Shown: one piece after another, positions 62,654-64,000 of the stretch | Position numbering within the stretch: the first letter of the stretch is position 1 | Layout: every line of letters starts with the position of its first letter | Assembly: GCA_965219415.1 (NCBI GenBank) | Contig: CBDCNP010000002.1 | Coordinates: 4,960,001-5,024,000 of the forward strand | Length of the DNA stretch: 64,000 bases | Source: Candidatus Marinacidobacterales bacterium | GTDB taxonomy: Bacteria > Acidobacteriota > Vicinamibacteria > Marinacidobacterales > DATDRI01 | Reading direction: 5' to 3' | Translations under genes and position numbers: made by a program | The notes under the pieces: model-generated | What the model was told of the DNA's origin: nothing | Databases searched by the model: none | The model's input: only the letters and a program-made list of their open reading frames with translations

Positions 62654-64000
62654 GTGCCTACCAAGGTCGGCGCCAAGCCCAGGCGAAAACAAACCAGCGA
62701 GCCCACGGCACCCTCGGGTGAAGACAAGCTCAGCATTATCGGGAAGCCCCTCCCCAAAGTCGATGCCATGGCGAAGGTCAGCGGGGAAACAGTGTTCGCG
62801 GACGATCTGACGCTTCCCCGAATGCTCTACTGTAAGATCAAGAGGAGCTCTCATCCACACGCGCGCATCTTGAGCGTCGACACGAGCAAAGCGGAAGCGC
62901 TTGCCGGCGTCGTCGCCACGCTAGTCGGCTCGGAGCTTCCTATTCCTTTCGGGATCCTACCCGTATCTCAGGACGAGCATGCCTTGTGCCTCGACAAAGT
63001 CCGCTTCGTGGGAGATCCGGTGGCCGCGGTCGCCGCCATGGACGAGGAAACCGCAGAGAAAGCCTTGGGACTCATCGATGTGCAGTACGAAGTCCTCCCA
63101 CCGATCATGTCGATCGAGGAAGCGCTAGGCGAAGAAAAAGAACGCATCCATGACTATGGAGCGCAAGGAAACATCCACAAGGCGGTAGCGCTCGAGTTCG
63201 GTGATGTCGAGGAGGGATTTCGGGAAGCCGATCATATCCGAGAGGACACCTTCTTTTTCGAGGGCAACACCCATCTTCCCATGGAGCAGCATGCCGCGGT
63301 CGCTGCATACGGCCCCGACGATAAATTAACCCTATGGTCGTCGACCCAGACACCGCACTATGTTCATCGTACCATGGCAAAGGTGTTGGAAATGCCGGCC
63401 TCGCATATACGTGTGATCGCGTGTCCGAACGGGGGCAGTTTCGGGGGCAAGAGCGATCCGTTCAGTCATGAGCTCGTGGTCGGAAAGCTCTCTATGAAGA
63501 CGCGCCGCCCGGTCAAAGTCACGCTGACGCGCGAAGAGGTGTTTTATTGCCACCGCGGACGGCATCCGGTGAAGATGTGGATCAAGACCGGCGTGAAGCG
63601 TGATGGAGAAATTATTGCGATGCACTTCCGTTCCTTCTTGGATGGAGGTGCATACGGGAGCTATGGCGTGGCGAGTCTCTACTACACAGGAGCGCTACAG
63701 ACCGTGACCTACCGGGTGGGGTGTTACAAATTCGAAGGGGTGCGGGTCTTTACCAACAAGCCCCCCTGCGGCCCTAAGCGCGGACACGGTACGCCGCAGC
63801 CACGATTCGCACTGGAGTGTCACTTGGACAAGATCGCGGAGGATCTCGGCATCAACCCACTAGAGCTCCGCCGCCGGCATCTCGTGGAGCCTTTCTCGAT
63901 AACCGCGAATCAGCTTCGCCTTAGCACCGTCGGCTTGAAGGAGTGTCTGGATCGCGTTGACAAGCGCTCCGGCTTTGCCGCAAAGCACGGAAAACTTGGC
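62654..64000 (+). CDS. Molybdopterin-binding large subunit, xanthine dehydrogenase family (runs off the window)
   Basis: IIGKPLPKVDAMAKVSGETVFADD, STQTPH, GGSFGGK, CGPKRGHG. Confidence 0.92.
   Translation, partial: MPTKVGAKPRRKQTSEPTAPSGEDKLSIIGKPLPKVDAMAKVSGETVFADDLTLPRMLYCKIKRSSHPHARILSVDTSKAEALAGVVATLVGSELPIPFGILPVSQDEHALCLDKVRFVGDPVAAVAAMDEETAEKALGLIDVQYEVLPPIMSIEEALGEEKERIHDYGAQGNIHKAVALEFGDVEEGFREADHIREDTFFFEGNTHLPMEQHAAVAAYGPDDKLTLWSSTQTPHYVHRTMAKVLEMPASHIRVIACPNGGSFGGKSDPFSHELVVGKLSMKTRRPVKVTLTREEVFYCHRGRHPVKMWIKTGVKRDGEIIAMHFRSFLDGGAYGSYGVASLYYTGALQTVTYRVGCYKFEGVRVFTNKPPCGPKRGHGTPQPRFALECHLDKIAEDLGINPLELRRRHLVEPFSITANQLRLSTVGLKECLDRVDKRSGFAAKHGKLG

Noticed and set aside
1-64000. CRISPR array or cas genes
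   Set aside because: No regularly spaced 25-45 bp repeats with unique spacers and no Cas motifs; the repeats found are IS ends or the tRNA-linked arm.
62654-64000. Specific assignment as CO dehydrogenase or 4-hydroxybenzoyl-CoA reductase
   Set aside because: The active-site loop KRGHG is not the CoxL AYRCSFR motif, and substrate cannot be assigned from a partial sequence.

Overview
GC-rich bacterial chromosome segment; gene content suggests Acidobacteriota or a similar group (inference). About 1.1-34.9 kb is an IS-riddled defence island ending at the 3' (CCA) end of a minus-strand tRNA-Ser(TGA). It looks like a tandem stack of up to four integrated units, each marked by a diverged copy of a ~300-bp non-coding arm. 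Cargo: a truncated PIN-like nuclease, a HEPN+Zn-finger protein, an intact type I R-M system (hsdMSR), a DUF6236-like protein, a pentapeptide-repeat membrane protein, an IS1595-coupled type IIG R-M gene, and a translationally coupled Dnd-like operon (hsdS-like remnant, small protein, Mrr-N wHTH protein, DndD, DndE-HerA-type ATPase fusion) with no dndA/B/C or dptFGH in the window. 35-51 kb is a second IS-dense zone (IS256, ISL3, IS1, IS5) with NIPSNAP, GT4, radical SAM/SPASM and a 907-aa coiled-coil gene. 51-64 kb is mostly core genome: Btu/Fec ABC transporter, accD-folC, an IS3, an OsmC-like gene, a HemN-like gene and a xanthine-dehydrogenase-family operon. Many 1-2 nt indels lie in homopolymer or GA repeats and may be assembly errors. 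All family calls come from motif recognition by eye, not database searches.
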